Origin: an uncultured Methanomicrobiales archaeon | GTDB lineage: Archaea > Halobacteriota > Methanomicrobia > Methanomicrobiales > Methanospirillaceae | Reading direction: 5' to 3' | Assembly: GCA_963697895.1 (NCBI GenBank) | Contig: OY969100.1 | Location: forward strand, 1,856,001-1,920,000 | DNA: 64,000 nt | Shown here: positions 63,592 through 64,000 of the stretch, piece by piece | Layout of the letters: every line of letters starts with the position of its first letter | How positions within the stretch are numbered: the stretch's first letter is position 1 | Made by a program: the position numbers and the translations under genes | The notes under the pieces: generated by a model | Database searches by the model: none | Told to the model about the DNA's origin: nothing | What the model saw: only the letters and a program-made list of their open reading frames with translations

Positions 63592-64000
63592 ATGAAGAGG
63601 CGTTTCCTGAAACTCGGCGTTTCACTTCCGGTCATCATGATCCTTGTAATCGGCTTTTTAGTCTGTTCACCGGTTGCTGCAGAGAATAATACCGGTGATG
63701 CCGTCTCCTGGACCCTGCGTGGGGGTGACCTCCAGAAGCAGGGACAATATCGCAACGCCCTGGATGCATACAATAAAGCCCTCGAGTTAGACCCGTATTA
63801 CAGTATCGCGTGGAACGGACGGGGTAATGCGCTGACAGCTCTCGGGTATTACGAGGAGGCGATCCGGAGTTACAACAGAGCCATCGAACTGGATCCCTAT
63901 TATGGTCAGGCATGGGATAACAAAGGCTTTGTATTGTACCGGGATGGAATGTTCAATGAATCTCTTGCCGCGTATAACCGGGCGATCGCGATAAACCCGA
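63592..64000 (+). CDS. Secreted TPR-repeat protein (runs off window end)
   Basis: Hand translation: signal peptide MKRRFLKLGVSLPVIMILVIGFLVCSPVAA then TPRs (YNKALELDP..AWNGRGNAL..LG.YEEAI). Confidence 0.85.
   Translation, partial: MKRRFLKLGVSLPVIMILVIGFLVCSPVAAENNTGDAVSWTLRGGDLQKQGQYRNALDAYNKALELDPYYSIAWNGRGNALTALGYYEEAIRSYNRAIELDPYYGQAWDNKGFVLYRDGMFNESLAAYNRAIAINP

Noticed and set aside
59826-64000. Integrated element at the tRNA-Gly/Val site
   Set aside because: No integrase and no duplicated tRNA 3' end seen within the window; cannot be excluded beyond the edge.

Overview
Gene-dense, GC-rich archaeal chromosome segment. Gene content and order suggest a methanogen of the Methanomicrobiales type (inferred from protein recognition, no search run). 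Core content: RPA pair, pyrF, deoxyhypusine synthase, tiaS, thermosome, a porB-A-G-D oxidoreductase operon, truA, FAD synthase, SufC/SufB-type Fe-S scaffold, pcm, glmM-glmU-glmU-glmS, aglB, nikR, the eIF2gamma-rpoE-S24e-S27ae-kae1/bud32-rdgB-L40e superoperon, thi4, htpX, and tRNA-Gly plus tRNA-Val. Accessory or notable content: a stand-alone zinc-ribbon/glycyl-radical (NrdD C-terminus-like) miniprotein; an 8-unit ~50-bp hairpin-forming tandem array that copies the 3' end of a YkgJ-type gene; a ferritin-like cargo plus family 1 encapsulin followed by a second repeat array; an MrfAB-like DUF1998 helicase/exonuclease pair; an orphan DNA methyltransferase; an AT-rich glycosyltransferase/methyltransferase island next to aglB; an orphan arginine deiminase; and a LigD phosphoesterase plus ligase pair without Ku or polymerase. 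About 11 genes, some normally essential, carry single-base frameshifts that are most likely sequencing errors. No CRISPR-cas, transposase or integrase was recognised.
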